Assembly: GCA_963734575.1 (NCBI GenBank)
Contig: CAVTHT010000007.1
Span: 224,549-288,548, forward strand
Direction: 5' to 3'
DNA length: 64,000 nt
Origin: an uncultured beta proteobacterium
Lineage (GTDB): Bacteria; Pseudomonadota; Gammaproteobacteria; Burkholderiales; Casimicrobiaceae
Below the pieces are notes generated by a model. That model was not told where the DNA came from and did no database searches. It was given only the letters and a program-made list of their open reading frames with translations. Each line of letters starts with the position of its first letter. The stretch's first letter is position 1. The position numbers were made by a program, and so were the translations under genes. Positions 20,255-29,930 of this stretch are shown here, one piece after another.

Positions 20255-21094
20255 ATGACCGTCATCGCAATGTCGCAGGAAATGGGCACGCTGGGCCGGG
20301 ACGTCGCCTCCGGCGTGGCGCAGGCGCTGGGTCTCAAGCTCGTGCGCCACGAGATCGGCGACGCCGCGGCCGATCGGATGCGCGTGAAGAAGAGCCTGAT
20401 CAGGCGCTTCCGGGAAGGCCAGGTCGGCTGGTTCGAGAAGCGCCGCGTCGACGAAAGCAGCCTTGCGCTCTTCACGACCGAGCAGGTCTACGAGCACGCG
20501 CTCGAAGGCGACGTCCTGATCCGCGGCTGGGGCGCGACGGTGCTCCTCTACGGTGTGCGGCACGTGCCGTGCATTCGCGTCTGCGCGCCCATGGAGAACC
20601 GGGTGCGCTGGCTGATGGAGCGTCTCGACACTGACGACCCGCAGGTGGCGCGCGACGAGATCGACCGCTCCGATGCCGCCCACGCGGCCCGGATCCAGCA
20701 CGTCTTCGGCGTCACCCTCGGCGACCCGCTGCTGTACGACATGGTGCTGAACACGGGACGTGTCTCCATCGCGGGCTGCATCGAACAGGTGGTCGAGCTG
20801 GCGCGCCGACCCGAGTTCCAGCCGACGGCGGAAAGCGTCGCGGGCCTGCACAATCTCGCGCTGCAGGCGCGCATCCAGACCGCCTTGCGAGCGCACGATC
20901 CCGAAGCCCATATTGCCATCACGCCGGAGGTCGACGGCGGGCGCGTCATCCTGCGCGGTGTCGTCGTCAACGACGCCGAGCGCCAGGTGGCGCTGACGGT
21001 GGCGCGCGCGGTGCCCGGCGTGCAGAGTGTGGAGAGCGAGCTGCGCACGATGCGCACGACGCATCGCTATCGCGAGGCCGGCGGCGAAGACTGA
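20255..21094 (+). CDS. cytidylate-kinase-like (AAA/NTP-binding) family protein with C-terminal BON domain
   Basis: N-terminal P-loop-like MSQEMGTLGRDVASGVA..; C-terminal ..ITPEVDGGRVILRGVVVNDAERQVALTVARAVPGVQSVESEL is a BON domain. Confidence 0.6.
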   Translation: MTVIAMSQEMGTLGRDVASGVAQALGLKLVRHEIGDAAADRMRVKKSLIRRFREGQVGWFEKRRVDESSLALFTTEQVYEHALEGDVLIRGWGATVLLYGVRHVPCIRVCAPMENRVRWLMERLDTDDPQVARDEIDRSDAAHAARIQHVFGVTLGDPLLYDMVLNTGRVSIAGCIEQVVELARRPEFQPTAESVAGLHNLALQARIQTALRAHDPEAHIAITPEVDGGRVILRGVVVNDAERQVALTVARAVPGVQSVESELRTMRTTHRYREAGGED

Positions 21095-21134
21095 ACGCGC
21101 GCCGCGCGACGGCGGACGAGGGTGCATCGGCGAA

Positions 21135-21186
21135 CCATAATCGATTGCTTATCGTCATCATCGGAAGTTCTGATTAGTCGTTATGG
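21135..21186. promoter_or_regulatory. AT-rich element CCATAATCGATTGCTTATCGTCATCATCGG..CGTTATGG upstream of frc, sharing CTTATCRTYAT and ATCGAT with the lysR/tct palindrome
   Basis: The only AT-rich patch in the 570-bp frc leader. Motif similarity to 16364..16391 seen by eye. Confidence 0.3.
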
Positions 21187-21668
21187 TGCGCCGCGCAGTA
21201 CCCTTGGGATCGGGCTGCTCGCCACGGCGCCCGGGTGTTTCGATCAAACGAGCGTGGGATGCGATCCTCGTAATCCGGCCGATTCGCACGCACCATCCTC
21301 CCGCGACAGCCGATCCTGGTCGCTGCCCGCGCTGGTCCCGCGCATCGCCCTGTCGATTCAAAAAACCCGCATCACAACCTTCTGCCTTGCCGGCCAATCA
21401 CCGCTGGGGGGCACCGCAAGTGTTCGCGTCACCGACAAAAACTACGCACTGCACGGAAATCTGCGGCGGCGCTCAACATCCTCGCGGCCCTGCTCGCGTG
21501 GTTCGTGCTTCGCCCGATGCGGCGCGCACTGATCGAGAACAGCAAGACCGAGGCGCCCGCCGGCAGTGTCCCGCAGCCGGCATGACATGCAACACGGGCG
21601 ATCGGGCCCATGGAACGGAACGACGCGGCGGCCACGCCGCGTCGTGTGATCGCAAAAAAGGAGACGAG

Positions 21669-22946
21669 ATGAAAGCGTTGTCGGGTATCCGCATTCTAGA
21701 CATGACCCATGTGCAGGCCGGGCCCACGGCATCGCAACTCATGGCGTGGATGGGGGCGGACGTGATCAAGTTCGAGAACCCGGTCGGCGATGCCACGCGC
21801 GCGCAGCTGCGTGACGTGCCGAATGCAGACAGCCTCTATTTCACGATGCTCAACTGCAACAAGCGCTCGATCACCGTGAACATGAAGAATGCCGAAGGCA
21901 AGAAGGTCTTCGTCGAGCTCCTGAAGAAGTGCGACATCATCATGGAGAACTTCGGACCGGGCGTGCTCGACCGCTTCGGCTTCACCTGGGAAAAGATCCA
22001 CGAGATCAACCCGCGCATCATCATGGGCTCGATCAAGGGCTTCGGCTCGAACGGCCCGTACTCCGATTTCAAGGCGTACGAGAACGTCGCGCAGGCCATG
22101 GGCGGCGCAATGAGCACCACCGGCGTGCCGGAAGGCCCGCCGTTCGTGACCGGGGCGCAGATCGGCGACTCCGGCACGGGCCTGCATCTGGTCATCGGCC
22201 TCCTCGCGGCGCTGCAGCATCGGCACCAGTCGGGAGAAGGTCAGTACGTCGAAGTGGCCATGATGGACGCGGTGATGAACCTGTGCCGCGTCAAGTTCCG
22301 CGATCACCAGCGCCTGTTCCACGGCCCGCTCGCCGAGTATTCGGTGGGAACGCACCAGGGCATGGGCGCGGTGCCGCGCGCCGGCAACGATTCAGGCGGC
22401 GGCCAGCTCGGCAACGCCATCCGCTGCAAGCCGGGCGGCCCGAACGACTTCCTGTACATCGTCGTGCAGGAGGTCGTGTGGGCCGATCTGGCCAAGCGCA
22501 TCGGCCAGGAGCTCGGCCTGCCGGACCTCGTCAACGATCCGCGCTTCGCGACCATCGCCGAGCGGCGCAACCACCAGAACGACATGTGGGAGCTGATCGG
22601 CGAGCTCGCGCTCAAGTACACGAAGCGCGAGTTCATGGCGATCCTGAACGAGCTCGACGTGCCGTGCGGCCCGATCATGTCCACCGAGGACCTCTTCAGC
22701 GACGAGCACGTGCTCGGCCGGCAGATGATGGTCGAGCTCGATCATCCGCAGCGTGGCAAGTGGTACAACGTCGGCATGCCCATCAAGCTGTCGGCATCCC
22801 CCGCGGAGATCCGGCGCTCGCCCACGCTTGGCGAGCATACCGACGAGATCCTGCGCGAGGTGCTCGGCACGCCCCAGGCCGACATCGACCGCATGCGCGA
22901 CGCCGGCGCGTTCTCGAAGGACGCCCCGAAGAAGGTGGCGGCCTGA
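21669..22946 (+). CDS. frc: formyl-CoA:oxalate CoA-transferase
   Basis: MKALSGIRILDMTHVQAGPTASQLMAWMGADVIKFE..SLYFTMLNCNKRSI..aligns along its full length with Oxalobacter formigenes Frc. Intact. Confidence 0.9.
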   Translation: MKALSGIRILDMTHVQAGPTASQLMAWMGADVIKFENPVGDATRAQLRDVPNADSLYFTMLNCNKRSITVNMKNAEGKKVFVELLKKCDIIMENFGPGVLDRFGFTWEKIHEINPRIIMGSIKGFGSNGPYSDFKAYENVAQAMGGAMSTTGVPEGPPFVTGAQIGDSGTGLHLVIGLLAALQHRHQSGEGQYVEVAMMDAVMNLCRVKFRDHQRLFHGPLAEYSVGTHQGMGAVPRAGNDSGGGQLGNAIRCKPGGPNDFLYIVVQEVVWADLAKRIGQELGLPDLVNDPRFATIAERRNHQNDMWELIGELALKYTKREFMAILNELDVPCGPIMSTEDLFSDEHVLGRQMMVELDHPQRGKWYNVGMPIKLSASPAEIRRSPTLGEHTDEILREVLGTPQADIDRMRDAGAFSKDAPKKVAA

Positions 22947-22992
22947 CGCGCTGCACCAGCGCAGGCACCGGGTACGTGTCGATGGAGACGCA

Positions 22993-24708
22993 TTGAGCTC
23001 ACCGATTGCAACGCGACAAGGCGTGATCCCGATCGCCAGCACCGGCCGCCGGCAGGGGCCGAAGGTGCGCGCGACGGCGAAGGGACGCGTCGTCGACCCG
23101 GCGGCGGCGGAGGAAGTGCGTGCGCTGCTCGGGGATGTGCCGCGGCGCCGCGACCTCCTCATCGAGCACCTGCACCGCATCCAGGACGCCTACGGCTACC
23201 TGCCGGCGACGCACCTCGTGGCGCTCGCGGCCGAGATGCGCCTGCCCATGACCGAGGTGTACGAGGTCGCCACGTTCTATCATCACTTCGACGTGGTGAA
23301 GGAAGGCGAGCGCGCGCCGCCGAAGCACACCGTCCGGGTGTGCGAGTCGCTGTCGTGTGCAATGGCCGGCGCGCACGAGCTCCTCGATGCGCTGCCCGCG
23401 CAGCTCGGCGCCGACGTGCGCGTGGTGCCTGCACCCTGCGTGGGCCGCTGCCATGCGGCGCCCGTCGCGCTGGTCGGGTGGAACCCGGTCGACAACGCGA
23501 CCGTGGCCTCGGTGCGCGACGTCGTGGCGAGCGGTGCATTCCGTCCGGCCGTGGCGCCCTACATCGACTACCGGCAATACCGCGCGGAGGGTGGCTACCG
23601 CACGCTCGTGCAGTGTGTATCCGGACAGCGGCCGCTCGAGGACGTGCTCGCAACCATGGAAAGCTCGGCCCTGCGGGGCCTGGGCGGGGCGGGATTCCCG
23701 ACCGGGCGCAAGTGGCGCATCGTGCGTGCCGAGGCGGCACCGCGTCTACTCGCCGTCAACATCGACGAGGGCGAGCCCGGCACGTTCAAGGACCGTTTCT
23801 ATCTCGAGCGCGATCCCCACCGGTTCCTCGAGGGCATGCTGATCGCTGCGTGGGCGGTCGACATCGCCGAGATCTACATCTACCTGCGCGACGAGTACGC
23901 CGCGTGTCGCGAGCTCCTCACCCGCGAGCTCGAGGCGCTGGCCGCGGATCCGCCGTGTCCGCTGCCGGTCATTCACCTGCGGCGCGGCGCCGGAGCATAC
24001 ATCTGCGGTGAAGAGTCCGCGATGATCGAGTCGATCGAGGGCAAGCGGGGCATGCCGCGCCTGCGCCCGCCGTACGTCGCGCAGGTCGGGCTTTTCGGCC
24101 GGCCGACCCTCGAGCAGAACATGGAAACGCTCTTCTGGGTGCGCGACATCCTGGAAAAGGGCGCGCCGTGGTTCGCGGACCAGGGCCGCAATGGACGCAA
24201 GGGACTGCGCTCGTTCTCGGTGTCCGGTCGCGTGCGCAAGCCCGGCGTGCATCTCGCGCCGGCGGGCATCACCGTGCGACAGCTGATCGACGAATACTGC
24301 GGCGGCATGCTGCCGGGCCACGAGCTCTACGCGTACCTGCCGGGCGGCGCTTCGGGAGGCATCCTGCCGGCGAGCATGGCGGACATCCCGCTCGACTTCG
24401 ACACCCTGAACGCGCATGGCTGCTTCATCGGTTCGGCAGCGGTCATGGTGCTGTCGCAGCACGATCGCGCGCGCGATGCCGCGGTCAACGTAATGGAGTT
24501 CTTCGCCGAGGAATCGTGCGGCAAGTGCACGCCGTGTCGCGTGGGCACGGCGAAGGCCGTCGGCCTGCTGCAGGCGCCGCGCTGGGACCAGCCGCTGCTC
24601 GAGGAGCTTGCCCAGGCGATGGCGGATGCATCCATCTGCGGCCTCGGGCAGGCGGCGCCGAACCCGATCCGCTGCGTGATGAAGTACTTCCCGCACGAGA
24701 TCGCCTGA
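22993..24708 (+). CDS. fdsB: NAD-dependent formate dehydrogenase beta subunit with fused N-terminal NuoE-like gamma domain (FdsG-FdsB fusion, FDH1 Fdh1B-type); TTG start assumed
   Basis: NuoE-like 2Fe-2S part (..VRALLGDVPRRRDLLIEHLHRIQDAYGYL..TFYHHFDV..VCESLSCAMAG..) is continuous with the NuoF-like NAD/FMN/4Fe-4S part (..GLGGAGFPTGRKWRIV..ICGEESAMIESIEGKRG..ESCGKCTPCR..). SD GGAGA lies 5 nt upstream of TTG 22993. Confidence 0.8.
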   Translation: MSSPIATRQGVIPIASTGRRQGPKVRATAKGRVVDPAAAEEVRALLGDVPRRRDLLIEHLHRIQDAYGYLPATHLVALAAEMRLPMTEVYEVATFYHHFDVVKEGERAPPKHTVRVCESLSCAMAGAHELLDALPAQLGADVRVVPAPCVGRCHAAPVALVGWNPVDNATVASVRDVVASGAFRPAVAPYIDYRQYRAEGGYRTLVQCVSGQRPLEDVLATMESSALRGLGGAGFPTGRKWRIVRAEAAPRLLAVNIDEGEPGTFKDRFYLERDPHRFLEGMLIAAWAVDIAEIYIYLRDEYAACRELLTRELEALAADPPCPLPVIHLRRGAGAYICGEESAMIESIEGKRGMPRLRPPYVAQVGLFGRPTLEQNMETLFWVRDILEKGAPWFADQGRNGRKGLRSFSVSGRVRKPGVHLAPAGITVRQLIDEYCGGMLPGHELYAYLPGGASGGILPASMADIPLDFDTLNAHGCFIGSAAVMVLSQHDRARDAAVNVMEFFAEESCGKCTPCRVGTAKAVGLLQAPRWDQPLLEELAQAMADASICGLGQAAPNPIRCVMKYFPHEIA

Positions 24709-24735
24709 CGGCGGGCGCTGGCCAAGGATGGCGAA

Positions 24736-27548
24736 ATGAATCTGATGGTGGACATTGCGGCAGAGCAGGCGGCGGTACCGTTCACGCTGAACGGCAAGGC
24801 GGTCAGCGCGCAGCCGGGCGAGACGATCATCCAGGCTGCGGCGCGTCACGGCGTGGACATCCCGCATCTCTGCTACGCGGAGAACATGCGCCCGGACGGC
24901 AATTGCCGTGCGTGCGTGGTGGAGATCGAGGGCGAGCGCGTGCTCGCCCCGTCGTGCTGCCGCGCGCCGAGCGCAGGCATGGTGGTGTCGAGCGTCAGTG
25001 CGCGCGCCCTGCATTCGCAGCGGATGGTGCTGGAGCTGCTGCAATCGGACATGCCGCCGCGCGACTACAAGCTCGATTCCGAGCTGCAGCACTACGTGCG
25101 CGAGCTCGAGGTCGGCAAGCCGCGGTTCGAGCCGCGCATGTCGCCGGGGGCGGATCTCTCGCATCCGGCGATTGCGGTGAACCTCGATGCGTGCATCCAG
25201 TGCACGCGCTGCGTGCGCGCCTGCCGCGAGGTGCAGGTCAACGACGTCATCGGCTACGCGTTCCGCGGCAACCGTTCGCTGCCGGTGTTCGATCTCGACG
25301 ACCCCATGGGTGCTTCGACGTGCGTCGCGTGCGGCGAGTGCGTGCAGGCGTGTCCCACCGGCGCGCTGATGCCGGCGCGCGATGCTGGATCTCGTCGAGG
25401 CCGACAGGACGGTGGATTCCGTGTGCCCGTACTGCGGTGTCGGTTGCCAGCTGACCTATCACGTGAAGGACAACCGCATCGTGCGCGTGGAGGGCCGCGA
25501 CGGCCCGGCCAATCACGGCCGGTTGTGCGTGAAGGGCCGCTACGGCTTCGACTACGTGCATCACAAGCAACGGCTCACGAAGCCCCTGATCCGCCGCGAA
25601 GGCGCGCCGAAGTCCGCCGACTTCACGATGGATCCGGAAGACGTGATGCGCGTGTTCCGCGAGGCGACGTGGGAGGAGGCCCTGGAGCTCGCGGGCGGGA
25701 AGCTGCGCCGGGTGCGCGACGAGCACGGTCCGGGCGCACTCGCCGGCTTCGGCTCCGCCAAGGGCAGCAACGAGGAGGCGTATCTCTTCCAGAAGCTCGT
25801 GCGGACCGGGTTTCGCAGCAACAACGTCGATCACTGCACGCGACTGTGTCACGCGTCGAGCGTTGCGGCGCTCATGGAGGGCATCGGATCCGGTGCCGTG
25901 TCCAATCCGGTCATGGACGTGCTCAAGGCCGACGTCGTGCTCCTGATCGGCGCCAATCCGATCGTGAACCATCCGGTCGCCGCGACGTGGATCAAGAACG
26001 CCACGAAGCAGGGCACGAAGCTCGTGCTCGCCGACCCGCGCCGTTCGGAACTGGCGCGCCACGCGGCGTACTACCTGCAGTTCAAGCCCGACACCGACGT
26101 CGCGCTGCTCAACGCGATGATGCACACGATCGTCACGGAAGGGCTCGTGGACGAAGCCTTCGTCGCCGATCGCACCAACGGCTACGACGAGCTGCGCCGC
26201 AACGTCGAAGGCTACAGCGCCGAGGCGATGGCGCCGATCTGCGGCATTCCCGCCGGCGACGATCCGGGAAGTGGCGCGTCTCTTCGCGACGTCGCGCGCC
26301 TCGATGATCCTGTGGGGAATGGGCATCTCGCAGCACGTGCACGGTACCGACAATGCACGCTGCCTGATCGCGCTGTCGATGATCACCGGCCAGATCGGCC
26401 GGCCCGGCACGGGCCTGCACCCGCTGCGCGGCCAGAACAACGTGCAGGGCGCGTCCGACTCGGGACTGATCCCGATGGTGTTCCCCGACTACCAGCGCGT
26501 CGACAATCCCGAAGCGCGCGCCCGGTTCGAGAAGCTTTGGAACACGCCGCTCGACCCGCGGCCCGGCCTCACCGTCGTCGAGATCATGGATGCCGTGCAT
26601 GCCGGCGCCATCCGCGGGATGTACATCATGGGCGAGAACCCCGCGATGTCCGACCCCGACGTGAACCACGCGCGCGGCGCGCTCGCGAAGCTCGAGCACC
26701 TCGTGGTGCAGGACATCTTCCTCACGGAGACCTGCTACCTCGCCGACGTGATCCTGCCCGCCACGGCATTCCCGGAGAAGACGGGCACCTTCACCAATAC
26801 CGACCGCCTGGTGCAGCTCGGCCGCAAGGCGCTCGACGCTCCCGGCGAGGCCAAGCCGGACCTGTGGATCATCCAGGAGATTGCGCGGCGCCTCGGGCTC
26901 GACTGGAACTACACCGAGCCGTCGCAGGTGTTCAACGAGATGCGCAAGGCCATGCCTTCGATCGCCGGCATCACGTGGGCGCGTCTCGAAAGCGAATCCG
27001 CGGTGACCTATCCGTGCGTGAACGAAGGCGATCCCGGGGACCCGGTCGTGTTCACCGAGGATTTCCCGACGCCGACGCATCGCGCGCGCCTCGTGCCCGC
27101 CGACCTCATTCCGGCCAACGAGCGGCCCGACGCCGATTACCCGATGGTGCTGATCACCGGGCGTCAGCTGGAGCACTGGCACACGGGCAGCATGACGCGC
27201 CGCGCTTCGGTGCTGGACGCCATCGAGCCCGAGCCGGTGGCGTCGCTCAACTCCGGCGACATCACGCGCCTCGGCCTGCGTCCGGGCGATGTCGTCACCG
27301 TGGAATCGCGTCGCGGCCGCATCGCGCTCTACGCGCGCGCCGACGAGGGCACGCCGCCGGGTGCCGTATTCATTCCGTTCTGCTATTACGAGGCAGCGGC
27401 GAACAAGCTCACCAATCCCGCGCTCGATCCGTTCGGCAAGATTCCGGAGTTCAAGTACTGCGCCGTGCGCGTGCGTGCGGGCGGCGACGTCGCGGAGCAC
27501 TTGAGCTTCGGCGGCGGGCAGGTATTGCCGGAAGAGCAGACGGCGTGA
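24736..27548 (+). CDS. fdsA: formate dehydrogenase catalytic (alpha) subunit, molybdopterin/tungstopterin, NAD-linked type; two single-base frameshifts near 25385 and 26255
   Basis: N-terminal 2Fe-2S/4Fe-4S ferredoxin-like region (CYAENMRPDGNCRACVVEIEGERVLAPSC.., CIQCTRCVRACREVQ.., CVACGECVQACPTGAL). It continues in a second frame (..VDSVCPYCGVGCQLTYHVKDNRIVRVEGRDGPANHGRLCVKGR..) and a third (..REVARLFATSRASMILWGMGISQHVHGTDNARCLIAL..KYCAVRVRA). The three pieces are colinear with Cupriavidus FdsA. Confidence 0.85.
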
Positions 27549-27661
27549 GCGCGCCGGCGGGATTCGCAGGGGCGGCTGCCGCCCCGCACGACTGACGCGG
27601 GGCGACAGGCCCCGCCCACGGGTCCGCGGCCACGCCGCGGGCCGCACCAGGAGACAGGCCA

Positions 27662-29824
27662 ATGGCGGACGACAAGATGCATTCAGGGGGAACGATGACG
27701 CAGAACAAGACGGCAGTCCGGCAGATTCTCGACAAGGTCAAGGCGGACGGACGCACCTCGCTCACCGCGCCCGAAGGCAAGCTCGTCTGCGACGCCTACG
27801 GCATTCCCGTGCCGCGCGAAGGCGTGGCGACGTCGCGGCAGGAGGCGGCGCAGCTCGCGGCCGGCATGGGCTTCCCGGTGGTGCTCAAGATCGTGTCGCC
27901 GGAGATCCTGCACAAGACGGAAGCCGGCGGCGTGCTGGTCGGCGTCAAGTCCGCGCAGGAAGCGGAGCAGGGCTTCGACACCATCATGGCCAACGCGAAG
28001 AAGTACGACGCGAAGGCGAACCTCCTCGGCGTCCAGGTGCAGCAGATGCTGAAGGGCGGTCAGGAAGTGATCGTCGGCGCCGTCACCGACCCGTCGTTCG
28101 GCAAGCTCGTCGCGTTCGGCCTCGGCGGCGTGCTCGTCGAGGTGCTGAAGGACATCACGTTCCGTCTCGCGCCGGCGACGCGCGAGGACGCGCTGTCGAT
28201 GCTCGACGGCGTGCAGGCGGCGGAGATCCTCAAGGGCGTGCGGGGCGGCGACGCGGTGAACCGCGACGCGCTCGCGTCGCTCATCGAGAGCGTGTCGCGC
28301 CTCGTCTCCGACTTCCCCGAGATCGCCGAGATGGACCTCAACCCCGTGTTCGCCACCAAGGAGGGCGCCACGGCGGCGGACGTGCGCATCGTGGTGGACT
28401 GGAATCCCGCGCCCGCGCGGTTCCGGCCGAAGCACGAGGACATCGTGCGCGACATGAACCGCATCATGAAGCCCGATGCGGTGGCGGTGATCGGCGCGTC
28501 CAACGAGGCCGGCAAGATCGGCAACTCGGTGATGAAGAACCTGATCAACGGCGGCTACCAGGGCGAGATCTATCCCATCCATCCGTCCGCGGACGAGATC
28601 ATGGGGCGCAAGGCGTACAAGAGCGTCAAGGACGTGCCCGGCAAGATCGACGTCGCGGTGTTCGCGATCCCGGCCAAGTTCGTGGCGCAGGCCCTCACCG
28701 AGGTCGGCGAGAAGAAGATCCCCGGCGCGGTGCTCATCCCGTCGGGCTTCGCGGAAACCGGCAACGTCGAGGGGCAGAAGGAGATCCAGGAGATCGGGCG
28801 CAAGTACGGCGTGCGCTTGATGGGACCGAACATCTACGGCTTCTACTACACGTGGAAGAATCTCTGCGCGACGTTCTGCACGGCGTACGACGTCAAGGGC
28901 CACGCGGCGCTGTCGTCGCAGTCGGGCGGCATCGGCATGGCGATCATCGGCTTCTCGCGCTCGGCCAAGATGGGCGTGTCGGCGATCGTCGGACTCGGCA
29001 ACAAGTCCGACATCGACGAGGACGATCTCCTCACCTTCTTCGAGCAGGACGACAACACGCACATCATCGCGCAGCACTGCGAGGACCTGAAGGACGGGCG
29101 CGCCTTCGCGGAAGTTGCGAAGCGCGTGTCGAAAAAGAAGCCGGTCGTGGTGCTGAAGGCGGGCCGCACCAGCATGGGGGCGCGCGCCGCGAGCTCGCAC
29201 ACCGGTGCGCTCGCCGGCAACGACAAGATCTACGAGGACGTGCTCAAGCAGTCCGGCGTGATCCGCGCGCGCAGCTTGCGCGACCTGCTGGAATTCGCGC
29301 GGGCGATTCCCGTGCTGCCGACGCCGAAGGGCGAGAACGTGGTGATCATCACCGGCGCCGGCGGCTCCGGCGTGCTGCTGTCGGATGCCTGCGTCGACAA
29401 CAACCTGCAGCTCATGACGATGCCGCCGGATCTCGACACGGCGTTCAAGAAGTTCATCCCGCCGTTCGGGGCTTCCGGCAACCCGGTGGACATCACCGGC
29501 GGCGAGCCGCCGAAGACGTATCAGAACACGATCCGGCTCGGTCTCGAGGACCCGCGCATCCACGCGCTGATCCTCGGTTACTGGCACACGATCATCACCC
29601 CGCCGATGGTGTTCGCGAAACTCGTCGCCGAAGTCGTCGAGGAGTTCCGAGCCAAGGGCATCTCGAAGCCGATCGTCGCCTCGCTCGCGGGCGACGTCGA
29701 GGTCGAGGAAGCCGCGGAGTATCTGTTCGATCACGGCGTTCCGGCGTACCCCTACTCGACCGAGATGCCCGTCGCCGTGCTCGGCGCGAAGTACAAATGG
29801 GCGCGTGGCGCGGGAATAATCTGA
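27662..29824 (+). CDS. ADP(NDP)-forming acyl-CoA synthetase, fused ATP-grasp + CoA-binding/ligase-CoA domains (acetate--CoA ligase family)
   Basis: 720-aa intact ORF. N-terminal ATP-grasp (..LTAPEGKLVCDAYGIPVPREG..), CoA-binding (..AVIGASNEAGKIGNSVMKNL..) and succinyl-CoA-synthetase-like CoA-ligase domain (..VGLGNKSDIDEDD..HTGALAG..). Confidence 0.8.
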   Translation: MADDKMHSGGTMTQNKTAVRQILDKVKADGRTSLTAPEGKLVCDAYGIPVPREGVATSRQEAAQLAAGMGFPVVLKIVSPEILHKTEAGGVLVGVKSAQEAEQGFDTIMANAKKYDAKANLLGVQVQQMLKGGQEVIVGAVTDPSFGKLVAFGLGGVLVEVLKDITFRLAPATREDALSMLDGVQAAEILKGVRGGDAVNRDALASLIESVSRLVSDFPEIAEMDLNPVFATKEGATAADVRIVVDWNPAPARFRPKHEDIVRDMNRIMKPDAVAVIGASNEAGKIGNSVMKNLINGGYQGEIYPIHPSADEIMGRKAYKSVKDVPGKIDVAVFAIPAKFVAQALTEVGEKKIPGAVLIPSGFAETGNVEGQKEIQEIGRKYGVRLMGPNIYGFYYTWKNLCATFCTAYDVKGHAALSSQSGGIGMAIIGFSRSAKMGVSAIVGLGNKSDIDEDDLLTFFEQDDNTHIIAQHCEDLKDGRAFAEVAKRVSKKKPVVVLKAGRTSMGARAASSHTGALAGNDKIYEDVLKQSGVIRARSLRDLLEFARAIPVLPTPKGENVVIITGAGGSGVLLSDACVDNNLQLMTMPPDLDTAFKKFIPPFGASGNPVDITGGEPPKTYQNTIRLGLEDPRIHALILGYWHTIITPPMVFAKLVAEVVEEFRAKGISKPIVASLAGDVEVEEAAEYLFDHGVPAYPYSTEMPVAVLGAKYKWARGAGII

Positions 29825-29832
29825 CGCGACAC

Positions 29833-29866
29833 GAGATGTGGCCGATCAGAGTCGCGGCCACATCTC
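29833..29866 (+). terminator. 12-bp perfect hairpin (GAGATGTGGCCG-loop-CGGCCACATCTC) between the acyl-CoA synthetase gene and oxc
   Basis: Perfect inverted repeat with a 10-nt loop. No U-tract, so it may be a processing or stability element rather than a terminator. Confidence 0.3.
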
Positions 29867-29930
29867 GAACGACTACAGGAGCCACCATGGACACTGACCA
29901 GCGACGCGCAAGGAACCGGCCCCGGCCGGA

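Noticed and set aside
21380-21535. Possible C-terminal remnant of a transporter gene upstream of frc (..AAALNILAALLAWFVLRPMRRALIENSKTEAPAGSVPQPA*)
   Set aside because: It has only ~45 codons and no start. It is one of three overlapping frames that all read through, so there is insufficient evidence. It could equally be chance.
22993-24708. Splitting the FDH beta ORF into separate fdsG and fdsB genes
   Set aside because: There is no stop codon and no internal start context between the NuoE-like and NuoF-like parts. The total length (571 aa) matches known fused Fdh1B-type subunits.
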